Notes: generated by a model from the sequence alone, not told the origin. A DNA stretch of 64,000 bases from Camelus dromedarius (GCF_036321535.1 NC_087447.1:44270001-44334000), one strand, 5' to 3'. Shown: positions 26,862 through 42,039, numbered from the stretch's first letter. Translations and numbers: made by a program.

Positions 26862-29033
26862 GCCCTCCTGCCCAGCAAGGATGTCCTTCCCAGGACACTT
26901 ATCGTGCTTGTGCATATTTGCTTGGGCAATAGATCTGGAGTCTTAAAGCAATCACAGCATTTAAAAAGACCAAAAAAAAATTAAAAATTGAAACACATTT
27001 TGAAAGACAAAAATTGAGTACACATTATGTATCACTTTAATCCGAAATACATTTAATGTGCACTCTATACAATTTAATAAATTCTTTGAGAGAGTAATAG
27101 TAAATGTTAACATATGTAAAATGGTGTTATTAGCCCTTTATACCTAATAAACTATTCTCATAACACCTGTATGAATTAGTTATGTTTAATTACTTGATTT
27201 TAAAGATCAGGAAACTGAAACACACAGAGATTTAAATCAGTCATCCAAGATTGCACACTGTATTAAAATATAAAAGCTATTAATGAACCCAGAGAGTCTA
27301 ACTTTATAACCCACTGTACCAGACTGTATCTAAGAGTCTGTGATAACAGCTCTAAGGGATACTTTTGTCAACAAGCATTGATGTCTGGAAGGAATGAGCC
27401 ATTCAGTACATAAGATACGTGTAGCTGTGATGATAAATGATAATGGTGAGGTAGTGATGGTGATGACAGTGCTGTTTGTGATTACACTGGGTTGGTGATG
27501 ATGGACTATTACTGATATTCATAATAATGTTGAGCATTTCCCAGTTCTCTCCCAATTTTAGCCTCATTACAGGGGTGGGATTGGTTTCATGAGATATGAA
27601 AGAATCAATATTACTGCAAATTTTGCAATTGATATGTGTCTTGAGACACTCTCTTTTGGGATCTTAGATTCTTATGGACTTTCATGCTATACCATGACTA
27701 GTAAAACCAAAGTCATGGGATATCATTACATCAGTGTTTGCCTGAGCTGAAACCCTCAAAACATCAGTATATGGCATACATCCTACATACAAGTTAGGTG
27801 AAAAACAAATGCAAAATTTTCTAAGACAACCGCAAGTAGTAGATACCACTGGGGGACTCTGCTGACCAGGTAGGAAAATATAGAACACCAAGGAGAATTC
27901 TACAAAATTGAGCAAACTGAGACTAAAATATGAAAGAAATAATCAGAAAGAGCTACCTTGATGCTATACCTTGTCCATTTGAAGTTGGAGTCTAAAGTTG
28001 GTCTTCTAATTTTGACCTAAGCCCCCCTTGATATGTTATTCAACATTCCTGGACTAAACTTTCTTGTATATTGCTACTCATATATTGTTACTCTGCTACT
28101 TAAGAATTCTCAATTTGAATTAAATAGGACTTACTCATTCTATTATTATTTTAGAATCACTCTAGCATTAATGAAACTCAATAATACCTAATCTTTTCCC
28201 CACCTACACCAACTCAACCTAATTTTTTTTTACTGATCTCCAATATGAAACATCCATTCTGATATTAGTCCCAGTGGACTCAATAATTATACTATATTAA
28301 TTCTTATCTTTTTTATTGTTGTATTTGATAGTTGATTTACAATGTTGTGTTAATTTCTGGTGTACAGCATAGTGATTCAATTATATATATATATACCTTT
28401 CTATATTCTTCTTCATCGTAGGCTATTACAAGGTGTCAAACATAGTTCCCTGTGCTATACAGTAGGAACTTGTTTATCTGTTTTGTATATAGTAATTAAT
28501 ATCTGCAAATTCCAAACTTTCTTAACTTCATTCATTCATTCACTGTTTCTTGAGCCCCTAAAATGGTCAACAACAACTGCAAAAACAGACACGGATTCTT
28601 CCTTCAAACAGCTCAGAGATGAGTAGAGAAGATGAAGGCGCAATTACCTTCAGTGTCAGTAAGTGTGATGACGTGAGTGCAGGGTTCTATGGAGGCAAAT
28701 AATGGGTAGACCCAGGATGATCAGAGAAAATGCTCCAGCAGAAGTAGCATGTAGACTAACACTTGAAGGAATCAGCCAGATGAAAAATGGTGGACAGTAC
28801 TAATGATCAGGTGTTGCAAACTGGGAAAAGGCCAAGCGTGAAGACAACGGCACACTCAAACACACTCAAAGATCATTAACACAGAGTGACATAATGAAGA
28901 AGGGATCATGCAAGGAAGTAGCGTCATGTTTACCGACCCAAATCTTACCAGCCTGTGAATTTCCTCTTACTGTATAGGTTTATGGATGCGTCATCAATTC
29001 TGCAGAGGCAGTTTCAGTTTCTGCAAGTACTAG

Positions 29034-29500
29034 TGTTGCTGCAAAACCAGCCTCTGTGCCCCAAAGATGGACTGAGACTTGGAGGCAGTTTGGGAGAATC
29101 CAAAGAGAACAGCTGTACTGCTTTGCCAGGCAGAGGAGAATCACCTCAGGCTAATGCCTCAGAGACTGAGTCCGCCTTGGGGTTGGGGTCTTGAGGTTTT
29201 ATTAGAAAAACTGGATGGAACAGAAAAGGTTTTAAGCATCAGGGCGTTTTACAGGGTGCTACATTCCTCTTAACCTCGATCATCTTCCTGGTGCAGGGAG
29301 GAAATGATCGGCCCATTACCTCCTTCCTGGAGCATAGCCCCTGGGTTAAAGCTATTGTCTAAGGAATGTAAGGGAAAAGTTTGGGAGTTGTTTAGTACAA
29401 AAGCAGTAAGGGAGAGAAACCAAATTGCAGGATTTCTTAGTCAAAAGAAATCAGCAAACAGTTTTAGCATCAGGGAGTTAGTTTGTTTGCTGCTCCTTCA
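29034..29500. mobile_element. Solo ERV LTR
   Basis: 467 bp with TG...CA termini and a 4-bp TSD CTAG (29030-29033, 29501-29504). Confidence 0.75.
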
Positions 29501-30149
29501 CTAGAACTTCCCCTTGTTGCATTTCTACCAGGTGAACGGCAGTCAGGCAGTCAGGCAGTCACGAGTGAGGCAGCGACAAGGGGAATCAACTTTCAATACT
29601 TGGCCTTCATTGTAGCATCTTTTCATTCTGAACAATTGACGGAAGTTTGTGTTTGAGTATCGGTAGGTTGTGAGTTTCTCTAGGGCAGAAAACTAACCTT
29701 ATGCATCCTTCAATCTACATTATCGGCCACAGTCCCTGACACTGTAGGCGCCTGTGCTGGTTACTGTCTATTTCCCACCCCCCAGGTTTAAGTTAGTTTA
29801 CTGCCCAGAACTACTCCTTCTCTTTTCCCCTTTTAGGTTGCATTTCTTCTCTTATCGGAGTAAATAAGACTATAAGATCTGTAGAAGAACTACCCCAATA
29901 TATTTTATATATTTTCCCAGGTGCTTCTCTTTTACTCACTCAGGTTTACTATCTTCTAATAAAAACATAACTAGGCTTTTAAAACAGCCTCACTGGCAAT
30001 TGGGTAAGTGGCAAAATATTGGGAAAGTAGATGGTCTTGTGAAGCAAATATTTAGCTCAAAACTCTGGCATTACCAACTGTTAGCTTTGTTTTTCAGTTT
30101 CTTTTTTAGTTTTTTTCCATTTAAAAAAAGTTAACTGTGGTTCACTTTT

Positions 30150-30430
30150 TAAAAAAATTTTTTTACTGAAGTGCAGTTGATTTACAATGTTAATTTAAGG
30201 TATAGAGCAAAGTGATTTAGTTATACATAGACGTACACATTTTTTTTTAAATTTCAGATTCTTTTCCATTATATTATATAGCAAGAAATTGAATATAGTT
30301 CCCTGTGCTATACAGTAGCTCCTTGTTGTTTATCTATTTTATATATAGTAACATGTGTCTATTAATCCCCACCCCCTAATTTATCATTTCTCACCCTTAG
30401 TTTGGTAATCATAGTTTCTTTTCTACAGGA
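30150..30430 (-). mobile_element. L1 3' tail fragment
   Basis: Shares tgaatatagttccctgtgcta with the fragments at ~28310-28520 and ~36410-36790. Confidence 0.75.
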
Positions 30431-31732
30431 CTTTAATTTCTTTGAGATTCAGTTTCCTCATTTGTGAAATGTGGGTCAAAAGTTGGTATGAGGATTAAAT
30501 GAAAATGAATACACGTGAAGGCACCTGGTGCAGCATTTGACATATACTGCTGTATTATCCAACAAAATACAAAGTACAGTACTGCTCATAATATCTTTAA
30601 AACTCAGCTGGAGTCTGAAGTCTTCTATGACACTTCTGTTTTTTTCAACTTCCAGCTTGTGCTGATTTGTCCCCATGCCTGTTGGGAAGAAATGACCTCT
30701 ACCTCGGCTTACATTCTGTTCAAGGTGATGATATCTTGGTTATAACACTCTTTAGACTTTGTCTTATACTGACAATGATTCAAATACACATATTATTTCC
30801 CATACTTGATTGTAAGTTTCTTTATGACTCACAATTACTAAAAATGATCATGTATTCAGTGATCAATAAAAATTTAAGGAATAAATCCCTACCTGAATGT
30901 ATCTCATACTTCCATACCGTTCAAATTTTCTGGCATAGTTCCAAGTTTTAAACATTCTGTTCTCCTCCAACTCTTTTTTAGACTGAGGCAAACATCATGC
31001 ATTAGTTCTTCATATCCATTTCAATATTTTCTAACATGCTAAGGCTGGAAAGCTTAAAACTACAGTTATTGGGCTTTCATTCATGTTTAGGTTGGCTCCT
31101 GTATGTTGCATTTATATGACACATTGATTCACACATAAATCACATGCAGAGGGAGGCAGGCTGCGGGATATCCACTGAGCTGGTGTGGATTACGGCTAAA
31201 GTCCTGGAACCAGCAGATTCTGGTGCATCAGCCCTGGAGAGGAAGCAGCAGTCACAGCAGCCACTTGCTCTATTGTTGTTGAGACAAGGGGGTCTGGAGG
31301 TTGAAAGTTGTTCCTGGGTTTCAGCCCAAACCCCCGAACCCAGCCCTCACAATGATTTTACAAACTCTCTTTCTGCTTAAACTAGCTAAGGTGACTTCTA
31401 TTATTTGTAACACAACACTGACTGATGCAATCACCCTGAGAAAATTGTTTATTTATTTAGAAATTTGATTTCCTTATTTGGAAACTGGGAATAATAATAC
31501 ATTTTATAGAGCTGCTGGAAGTGTTAGATTAGATAACATATGTGAAGTCTTTAGAACATGGCAGGCACACGACTTATTCATGTTAGTCTCAGTTTCCTGC
31601 AAAGAGTTGTTCTTGCTCTTATGTATTCACAGAAGTCCCTACAGCCCTACCAATGGCAATCCTTGAATTTTTAAAATATAGGGATGGCCTTAGTCATTTG
31701 GTTCACAGGGGTGTTTTGAGTTAAAGGATTTA

Positions 31733-33191
31733 TTTATTTATTTATTTATTTATAACATTTTTTTATTGAGCTATAATCATTTTACAGTGTTGTGTCCAGT
31801 GTAGAGCACAATTTTTCAGTTGTACATGAACATATATATATTCATTATCACATTTCTTTCTCTGTGAGCTACCGTAAGATCTTGTATATATTTCCCTGTG
31901 CTATACAGTATAATCTTGTTTATCTATTCTACATTTTTAAATCCCAGTCTATCCCTTCCCAGCCCCCTCCCCTTTGGCAACCACAAGTTTGTTTTCTATG
32001 TCTATGAGTCTATTTCTGTTTTGTATTTATGTTTTGTTTTGTTTTGTTTTGTTTTAGATTCCACATGTGAGCGATCTCATATGGTATTTTTCTTTCTCTT
32101 TCTGGCTTACTTCACTTAGAATGACATTCTCCAGGAACATCCATGTTGCTGCAAATGGCATTATGTTGTCATTTTTTATGGCTGAATAGCATTCCATTGT
32201 ATAAATATACCACATCTTATTTATCCAGACATATAGACCAATGGAACAGAATAGAGAGCCCAGAAATGAACCCACAAACTTTTGGTCAACTAATCTTCAA
32301 CAAAGGAGGCAAGAATATACAATGGAATAAAGACAGTCTCTTCAGCAAATGGTGTTGGGAAAACTGAACAGCAGCATGTAAAGCAGTGAAGCTAGAACAC
32401 TCCCTTACACCATACACAAAAATAAACTTAAAATGGATCAAAGACTTAAACATAAGACAAGATACAATAAACCTCCTAGGAGAAAATACAAAAATTATCT
32501 GACATACATCTCAAAAATGTTCTCCTAAGGCAGTCTACCCAAGCAATAGAAATAAAAGCAAGAATAAATAAATGGGCCCTAATTACACTTACAAGCTTCT
32601 GCACAGTAAAGGAAACCATAAGTAAAACAAAAAGACAACCTACGGAATGGGAGAAAATTTTTGCAAATGAAACCGACAAAGGCTTGATCTCCAGAATACA
32701 TAAGCAGCTCATACAACTTAATAAGAAAAAAACAAACAACCCAATCCAAAAATGGGCAGAAGACCTAAACAAGCAATTCTCCAAGGAAGAAATACAAATG
32801 ATAAATAGGCACATGAAAAAATGTTCAATATCACTAATTATTAGAGAAATGCAAATCAAAACTATGATGAGGTATCACCTCACACCAGTCAGAATGGCCA
32901 TCATTCAAAAATTCACAAATGGCAAATGCTGGAGAGGCTGTGGAGAAAAGGGAACCCTCCTACACTGCTGGTGGGAATGCAGTTTGGTGCAGCCACTGTG
33001 GAAAACAGTATGGAGATTCCTCAAAAGACTAGGAGTAGACTTACCATATGACCCAGGAATCCCACTCCTGGACATATATACAGAAGGAACCCTACATCTA
33101 AAAGACACCTGCACCCCAATGTTCATAGCAGCTCTATTTACAATAGCCAAGACATGGAGACAGCCTAAATGTCCATCAACAGATGACTGGA
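31733..33191 (-). mobile_element. Young LINE-1 with 5' inversion (twin priming)
   Basis: Reverse 3' end at 31733-32228 joined to a forward ORF2 segment at ~32229-33195. TSD TAAAGGATTTA at 31722-31732 and 33192-33202. Confidence 0.93.
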
Positions 33192-33793
33192 TAAAGGATT
33201 TACATTTAGAATCATTGAAAGGTTTCTGGCTTGAGAGATTGAGTGCATAGTTTTATTAGTCCCTAAAGTACCTGGAATTATCCTAGAATTCCAATATTTC
33301 AGCTATTGATAATCAAATTAACCAAATCAGTAAATCTTCTGAATATTGAGAAGCAGAGTTCTTTCTGGGCATACATGTAAAAATAACTTGTATTTTTTAA
33401 ATCCCTACATCATATGAATGATATAAGTACAGTAATAAATATTTTCCTGTTGAATTTTATAATTATTTCACCTAATTTTATTTTTACTAAAAGGCATTAA
33501 CTGAATGAATAAATTGACATGCTATTTACAACTCACTATGTGTATTTATAAAAATAAATTCACAAATAAAAAATTTACTTTTGTTCTTGCTCATGAATTT
33601 GAGTGCAAAAAAATGTGTTCACATGAATGCTGTAAAGATGGCACCAAAATTCTACTGATCAGCATACTTACATTTGTTAATCTTTTCTCTGATAGAAAAT
33701 TATTTAAGAGGGAACTAAGAATATCCCCAAATATTGGACAATAACCTTTATCTGCAGCTACCACACTTACAATTTTCAAAGAGTGATATGGTA

Positions 33794-33935
33794 GGGGAGG
33801 GGTATAGCTCAGTGGTAGAGTGTGCTTAGCATGTATGAGGTCCAGTGTTCAATTCCCAGTACCTCCATTAAAAAAATAACAACTAAATAAATAAATAAAT
33901 AAAACTAATTACCTCACCCAAAAATAATTTTAAAA
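33794..33935 (+). mobile_element. tRNA-derived SINE, Vic-1-like
   Basis: Paralogue of 24817-24934 with A box, decayed B box and (TAAA)n tail. Confidence 0.88.
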
Positions 33936-35689
33936 AGTGAGATATACACAGAGGGGGTGGTGCAGGCAAAGACTCATTCTGTCACACGTTAGATCTGTGT
34001 CCTCAGTCTCCTAATTGGTGAGCAGGCCTGGACCAGACCTGAGACATAAGGTCATTTCTTGTTCCTCTGGCCTAACTCCTAGACTTTGAAAAGCCTGGGC
34101 AGTCTCCTTGTACTTTCCCCTAGACCCACCATCTAATCACCGCCCTCAAGATCTTATCACTCTAATGGTAAATGGAGACAGGGAAAGACGAAATTAGAGG
34201 AAAGAGGAGGTTTACAGCAGAGATGCCATCAGCTGCCTTTTCCATGTGCCCGTGGCCTTGTCTCCTGCCCTCCTTTGCTTTGGATCCTTGCTTATTTTCT
34301 TCTTGGATTTCTAAGAATGGATTTTTCTCCTGCCATACCTCTTCCTCAGGTTATTCTCAATAACTATTCACATGAGATATGAAAGAGAAGAACAATGTAA
34401 AACAACCCAAAAGGAAGAGCCAAGGCAACAGATGTTTCCTTAACAGATAAAAGAAGCATAGCTGGCCACTTCTAAATTTGCTTTACCAACTGCAGCTTGA
34501 TTTCCTAGGCCCATGTTCAATTGTTTGTCTTTGATGTTTACGAATACTTGTCTTTTGAGTGGGGGAAATGGAGAGAAAGTTGTTCTTCTCCCTAGAGCTT
34601 AGTATGTACTATTAACACTGTTAAATCCTCTTTTGTATATTTTGATCCTCTCACCAACACCCTCCCAAATAATATTAATGCCTTAAAGTAATAGGTCATG
34701 GGTAATTATTACTTCCTGGACAAGCAGAGTGGAAGGAAAATAAAGGGTTAGGGCTAGAGTTAGGATCAGTCCCCAGGTTGATTTGCCATAAAGCTGTTGC
34801 TGCTCTGTTTCTCCAACTGATAATTATTTGGCACCTTCTCTGTTGACCCTTGGAGGTCACTAGGGGAAATTTCTCTAACTTCTTTGTCATTGTTGCTTTT
34901 GAAAATCCTGCAGCGTTTGTGAACAAGGTCCCCAAGGATGTGTCTTTTAAAGGACAGTTGTTTCTACCGAGCAGTGGGTTTATTGCATCCTGGAACTGTA
35001 CAGTTCTAAGTTCTGTCTGAATGAGGTCTGTGGGAGGAGTCAACATACAAAGCCAGCCCAAGTTCAGTGGCAGAGAAATAGAACAAGAGAAAGAAGAGAG
35101 GAGTGGGAAGAGATACACACTGAATATATACAGAGAAAAAAAATCTATAAAACAGAAAAAAAAAACCTCTCCCACCTTGGATTCTTATCGTCCAACAGGG
35201 CATCCAACAGACTCAGAAGTAACTTTTAATTTTTGAATTTAAATGTTGTACCACAAATATGAATTTGAGGTGAAGTTGCCTTTTCCTTGAATTATATAGA
35301 AGAATAATTTTTAGTTTCTGTATAATCCACCTGGACCCTAGAATCTTTCCCAGGTGAGAAGAATTACAAAGTCATCGAATTCTTAAGTTTCTCAGAGAAG
35401 CAATTTTCAAGGATTTAGATCAGGTTATTCCAGAGCCGCTCCTTTACTTCTTTTTCCTTTTTCCAGCCTCTTTCCTTTCTGTCCTCTATCTTCAAGCCCC
35501 AAAGTGAAGAGGCAAAGACTCACAGTGGTAGCACAGGGCATATTCTATGAATACCTCTCCACGGGTTGAATTACTGGACAATGGAATCAAGGTCTCCAAG
35601 CCAGACTCAACTAAGATGACCTACTTCAGTAAGATTCCTCAAGAGGAATAACAGAATGCATTACGGTGAGACATCTGGTCAATTAAACA

Positions 35690-36240
35690 TCACAAGTTAT
35701 TTGCTTACTGAGTGCCAACCATGCATCAAGAACTGAGCTAAACATTAGAGATAAAAAGATAAACAAGCTAAAAATAGGATAAATTTGGTATTTTCAGGGA
35801 GCTCATAAATCTAGTAGTGGTGACAGGTAAACAAAATAATACATGTTATCATGATATGATGCTTTTAGGTCCAAAATATTATAAAACCAGATAGCTGGGG
35901 TGATGGGAAGGAGATGGTGATAGCAAAGGGTGGTTAGGGATGGTTAAGTAGGCATTTGCCAGGTGGCAAGAGTTAGAAAGAATTTCAGATAGAAGACAGA
36001 GTATGTGCAACTGCATAGAGTCTTGAAGGAGGATATTGTACTGAACAACTTTAAATTCCTCAGTGTGGCTTGAGCTTGGGTTGAGTAGCTGAGGAATATT
36101 AGGATACGAGGGATGTGGGAGTCAGATCATGAGGGACCTGCTATGCAACATGAGGAGTTCAGATGTACAGTATAATCACTGAAGGGTTTGAGCTGGAAAG
36201 TCACATGTTCATATTTATATTTTAGCAAGATTACTCAGTC
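35690..36240. mobile_element. Ancient L2 remnant
   Basis: Decayed L2 3' motifs (tttactgagtgcc...; gaagggtttgag...gtcacatg). Similar remnants near 14560-14740, 28540-28860 and 53770-54300. Confidence 0.5.
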
Positions 36241-36409
36241 TGGAGAGGGCAATACTATTTAATGTCTATACATGTTGTCTTGAATGGACAACAGACCTTG
36301 CCAGAGTCTGTATGGGTCTTAGCCCCCTGCAGTGCGGGCTCACTATATCTCTGCTGAGACTTGAACCTTTATTTTCTTTTTCTTGTGATGAGAGCTTTAA
36401 AAAAAAATG

Positions 36410-36790
36410 TTTCCTGAAGTGTAGTTGATTTTGCAGGGTTAGTTTCAGGTGTACAGCAAAGCGATTCAGTTATACATATACATACATATATTTGTTTGCT
36501 TTTCAGATTCTTTTCCATTGTGTTATTACAAGAAATTGAATATAGTTCCCTGTGCTATTCAGCAGGTCCTTGTTTATTTTATATATACAGTAATATGTGT
36601 CCATTAATCCCCAGCCCCTAGTTTACCCCTCCCAGCTCTTTCTCCTTTGGTAATCAGTTTATTTTCTATGTCCATGAATCTGTTTTTGTTTGTAAATAGA
36701 ATTTGTATCATCTTTTTTAGATTCCACATATAAGTGATATCATATGAGATGTCTTTCTTTGTCTGACTTACTTTATGCAATATGATTATC
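36410..36790 (-). mobile_element. L1 3' end fragment
   Basis: Reverse complement of 3'UTR sequence like 9880-10260. Confidence 0.8.
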
Positions 36791-38988
36791 AAGACTTGAA
36801 CTTTTGACTTTCCTTTCCATCTACCTTCCACCTGAACTGCACAAACTGCCTCCCGTTATTTGTCCCATTCCCCTAGTTCTCATCAAACTTCCACTTCCTT
36901 CTTGAGAAAACCTATTTCCCACCTGTAGCATCTTCCAAGTGATATATATCAATCTATTCCTTTGATTCAGCAGGTGAGTCCCACCCCTGACTGAGCCAAC
37001 ACTCTTTTCCTAATAAAGACCTTCAAAGTTAGGAAACAGTGACTGGGTGAGCCATACCAGGTCAGTGGCTGGATCAGAGGTCACTATACAGTGGGGAAGC
37101 TCATACAGATTTAGATACATATGAGGGTCAATGAGGGGTAGGGTGAAGAGCATCAAAGTCTTGAGGAGAAAAAACTGTAATAGCTTGTTTACTTGTTTTT
37201 TCTCCTCAAGACTTTGAATGGGGAAATCTGACCTTTTCATCTTTATATTTTCAAAATGCAGGGTGGGGCCAAACCTCCAATGAGTATGCGTTAGATCTTT
37301 ATCTTAACCACTAACGATTCTATAAATTATCAGCATGCATAATTTGTTGAATGTTTTAGTATTACAACTTTTTTTTTCACTCTTAAAGGAATTAAAGTTT
37401 AGGCAAACTGAGGTTTGCTCCAGATTATAAAGTTATTAAGAGATAAATCATGGACTAGACTTCAGGTCTTCCAAGTACTTGTCTCACTGGTCTCCAGTTT
37501 CCTTAATCCTTTACACTCCGAATGCTGGGGCTTCTTTTGTCCATGTTGAGTCTCTTGTTATGTTACTCTTTTGTTTTCTATGATTCCTAAAATAGCAGAC
37601 ACAAGTGAGGGTGCATTCCTATGTAAAAATTCCTTCACAATCTTGTTATGTAATTGGTAAGATTTAGGCTGTGCTTCCATACTGTGTCATACCTCCTGGG
37701 CAAAAATGACTTCCCTGAGAGAGTTGTTAAAATTAATTAAATGATAATGCTTTTTAGTAGAGAAAGATGTCACATTTGAGTTCATTTCACTGTGGTAATT
37801 TTTCCAACATATATAACCAATTACTTTATTGGAGATCTGGGGCTTTTAGGCCACAGAGTAGATATAAATCAGAAATAATTACTAAACATCTAGGAAATTT
37901 CACATCTTATTCTTCTTTCATTTCAGGTCCCTGAATTCTGCCTTTCCCTTTCCAGGTTGTCTTGCTTGGTCTCCTTGAAAAGTATGTTTCTTTCTTTAGA
38001 ATGATTTTATTTATAATCTCAAGCCAACTTTTATTTCTACTTTTCTCTTTCTTTTATCTCAACTTAGGATGGAAGTGTTTTTAAATTTCAGTTCTCTCCT
38101 CCGATTATATACTGTGCCCTGGGAAGCCCAGGACCCTTCTGAGTTGTTGAATTTCCTGACTTCTCACTCCCAACGCAGCTTCTTAAATGCAACGTGTCCT
38201 CAAGAATTATCCACAATGAGGAGGAGTTTCAGTCAGTGAGTAGATAGAATTAACACTTCTTCCAGCAATGTATGTGTGTATATAATATTATATATGCATA
38301 AGTAAAACTATTTTGTATATATTATATATATAACTATTATCATTAGTGTTCCTAGGAGCCATCTAAAAAATCAAAATGTATATAATGACTCTAAGAGGGT
38401 AGACGTTCCTTCATTCAATTTTTTACGCCATGGCCTTAAAAATAGGCACTGAATTGTTAAGCACTTTTGCCAGTGTCTTCAGAAGACACAACATAGCTAA
38501 GGAGTAGACCAGAGTCAGCAATTCTTCTGGTCAGGAGGGTCTTTTCCAGTTGATATTCTGATTTTATTTTCTCCAGATTTTGAACTTCCCTGCTTCCTGG
38601 ACCATCCTCAGCACTTTTCCAATCACGATGGTCTCCTACCAAACAGCTACCCCTGAAATCTGTGAATATGCTGAGAAGAAAAGGATTTCTATCTAGCACT
38701 CCCGAAGACCTCTTTCTGACCCAGATCCAAAGGCCTGAAACCTGAATCTGACTTCATGATTTTGCTTTGAGATCCTCTGCTTTGTATCGGGGGTGGATTT
38801 GTTTTCAGGTCCTATTCTGATACCCTATTTTCTGGAGAGGATCTTGCGGCCTCTCATGATTCCCAAATTGCATCCTGGGACCAGATTATGGCACTAGGAT
38901 TAAGTTTAATCCCTTGCTGCTAATGTGAATTTCCCTCTTCAGTTTGGTGCTACTATCCTTAAATCCTTTGTCTTTTCATGTCCTAACC

Positions 38989-39945
38989 ATGTGGAAGGAA
39001 AACATCACCCATATCAGTGAATTCCTCCTGGTGGGCTTCCCTGCTTCCCCTTGGCTGCAAGTTCTGCTGTTCCTCCTCTTCCTCATCACCTACCTGTTTG
39101 TGCTGTTGGAGAATTTAGTCATCATCCTCACTGTATGGGTCACTGGGTCCTTGCACAAGCCCATGTACTATTTTCTGGGCACCATGTCCTTTCTGGAGAC
39201 CTCATATATATCTGTCACTGTCCCCAAGATGCTGGCTGGATTCTTACTTTGTTCCAATACTATCTCCTTCCTGGGATGCATGACCCAGCTCTATTTCTTC
39301 ATGTCACTCGCTTGTACTGAGTGTGTGCTCTTGGCTGCCATGGCCTATGACCGTTATGTGGCTATATGCTGGCCTCTTCACTATCCAGTCATGATGACCA
39401 CAGGATTTTGTGTTCAGCTAACCATCAGTTCCTGGGTGAGTGGCTTCACCGTCTCCATGGCAAAGGTATACTTCATCTCCCAGGTTGCCTTCTGCGGCAG
39501 TAATATCTTGAACCATTTTTTCTGTGATGTTTCCCCCATCCTCAAACTGGCCTGCACAGACTTTTCCATGGCTGAGCTGGTAGACTTTGTGCTAGCCATT
39601 GTCATCCTTGTGTTTCCTCTCACAGCCACTGTCCTTTCCTATGCCTTCATTGTCTCTGCCATCCTGCACATTCCCTCCGCCGCTGGGCAGCAGAAGGCCT
39701 TCTCCACCTGTGCCTCTCACCTTACAGTGGTGGTCATCTTCTACACGGCTGTGATCTTCATGTATGTCCGACCTCGGGCCATTGCTTCATTTGATTCTAA
39801 CAAGTTGATCTCAGCCATCTATGCAGTCTTTACTCCCATGCTCAACCCCATCATCTACTGCCTGAGGAACAAGGAGGTCAAAGATGCCATCAGGAAAACC
39901 ATGGCAAGTGGCCGAGCCCTTCTCTTGAGAGATTCTTTTTGCTGA
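38989..39945 (+). CDS. Olfactory receptor, family 6B-like (probable orthologue of mouse M50/Olfr6), 318 aa, intact
   Basis: First ATG at 38989 (MWKENIT, good ACCATG context); the track start at 38944 is a TTG. Motifs [49 protein letters not shown]. Confidence 0.93.
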   Translation: MWKENITHISEFLLVGFPASPWLQVLLFLLFLITYLFVLLENLVIILTVWVTGSLHKPMYYFLGTMSFLETSYISVTVPKMLAGFLLCSNTISFLGCMTQLYFFMSLACTECVLLAAMAYDRYVAICWPLHYPVMMTTGFCVQLTISSWVSGFTVSMAKVYFISQVAFCGSNILNHFFCDVSPILKLACTDFSMAELVDFVLAIVILVFPLTATVLSYAFIVSAILHIPSAAGQQKAFSTCASHLTVVVIFYTAVIFMYVRPRAIASFDSNKLISAIYAVFTPMLNPIIYCLRNKEVKDAIRKTMASGRALLLRDSFC

Positions 39946-40456
39946 AGAGACTGAGCTATTCCTTCTTTTTTCATCATTTGCAATTATAAACATACTGATT
40001 TAGCACAATAATTAAGGGATAAGGAGCCAGATATCAAAGGAAACCCCCTTTTCTTTCAGGTCCTAATTAAATGCTTCCTTTTATAAGACAATGTGTGAAA
40101 TGATCAGAACTCTAAGAGACATGTATTAGTAAAATAGTTATAAAATAATTTTATTTTTATGAAGACATTTAGAAATAATGTTTTTAGAGTTCTATTGGTG
40201 ATATTTTTTCCATTTTGAATTTGTTTTGTTTTAAAAGCCCTATCTTTGTGCTGTAGTCAATTTCATGACCTGTTTATTGCTTCCTAGGAGCTTAGGGGAC
40301 TGGTTCCTCTATAATCAACTGACCTGGATGATATCTCATTTTAATTCTTTTTAAACTTTAGGAAAATATGAGAGACAAACATCTCTCAGGCTCCAATAGA
40401 AACAGTGTAAGATAGAGAGCATACAAACCTTGTCATGGCAGAGAGAAAACAAGATT

Positions 40457-40560
40457 TCATATATATATATATATATATATGTATGTGTATATATATGTAT
40501 GTATGTGTATATATATACATACACATACACACATATACACACACACATACATATATAATA
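40457..40560. repeat. Compound (AT)/(GT)/(AC) microsatellite
   Basis: Directly visible dinucleotide runs. Confidence 0.9.
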
Positions 40561-42039
40561 TGTTGAACCATTTTATAATATAAAATTATGTAATGTAATA
40601 TATAATTTTATGATATGAAATATATATAAATGTAGATGTTCCAATAAACTGCAAACTGAGATAAACTCTATTTATCTATAAAATATATAATTTCATGCTT
40701 TAGTTCTCTTTCTTTACTGGAACTTCTACGTATATAATTTTGGGGATGTTATAGTTGAGGACTCTAAGAAAAACCAGTGGCAATTCATTAAAGCCCCCCT
40801 TCTTTTCAGGTAAAGCAAGCATTGGCCTTGACAAGAGGCCACAGAAGTGCTTTTGCATAGGTGTTACTTGGCCTGATGTGTAGGACCTTCCCAAGTTTCC
40901 CAGAACATCTCTCTTCTCATTTGTTTTTCTTTTGATTTTGGAATGGTGGGCCTATATCCTCAGAAGTAGTACACATTTTCATTCAGCCATTATAAAATGA
41001 TAGAGAGATTCCATCTGGCTCAGCAACAATGCTGGATGAGTGAATTAATGAAATACGGTCGTTTGCCAAGAGTTTAAGGATGACAGGCATACTGTTTTAC
41101 CCTAACACCCTTGGAAGCCACATTTTATAAGTCTTAATTGGGTTATTTATTTGTATACCACATTTGCCTTGTTTTGACTTTATTTACATTATAACTGCAT
41201 GGTCTTCCCATTTCGTATGAAGCTTTTATATAAGGTCAGATGAGACTGCTTTAAATAGATATATTTTACAAACTGTGGTAGTTTCCAACTTACACAAACC
41301 TGTTACATTCTCCTACCCTTCGGTCCTTTTGGCTTCACCATTGTATAATTCCTAATAATACATACAATTTTTCTTTAGTCAAAAAATAGTGTTATGGGCC
41401 ATGGCCTTCACATAAACACAAAATAATGTAAGATGGCTTATCTTAAATCATATAATTTCTTACTCCAATGTTAGAATTTTCTAGTCTTTTCATCAAAAAA
41501 TGGCAGTGTTATGCTGTATCTATTTCTGTTTGAAAACCTTTGTTAAATCACTATTAGGCAATTGATGCCTTTTAAAAATTTCACAAGATTCATTTTTATT
41601 CTAAAAATGCTTTTTAATTTCAGTTAAGCAGCCCTAGTATTATTTGTTATTATAACCCCAACTATCATCTATATTTATAACCTGACTTTTTTTCTGGTTT
41701 GGACCACCTGATTTAAAATTTGTCTATATAGTCTTTAGATCATTTGTTATATAAATCCACTGTGTCCTAACTTCTATTTTACTTGATGAATTGGCTTTCC
41801 AAGGGAATTATTGTCTCTACAACAGTGTGTTTTTCTTTTATTATGTTTGTTTTAATTTTTTTTTTTACTTTAACTTTTCAATGTTTAAAACATGCAGAAA
41901 AGTAGAGAACTTTTCCCTCAACTCAGATTTTTTAAATTTTTAAATTAATAATTAGATTTTTATAATAATATTACATGTTTAATATTATACTCCAGTTATA
42001 ACTGTTACTTTATTCAAAATCAGAAGAGTGGCATTGAAA

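Noticed and set aside
38944..38988. N-terminal extensions of ORs in the ORF track (also 44916-44984)
   Set aside because: They begin at TTG codons; the downstream ATGs align with paralogue starts and N-glycosylation sites.
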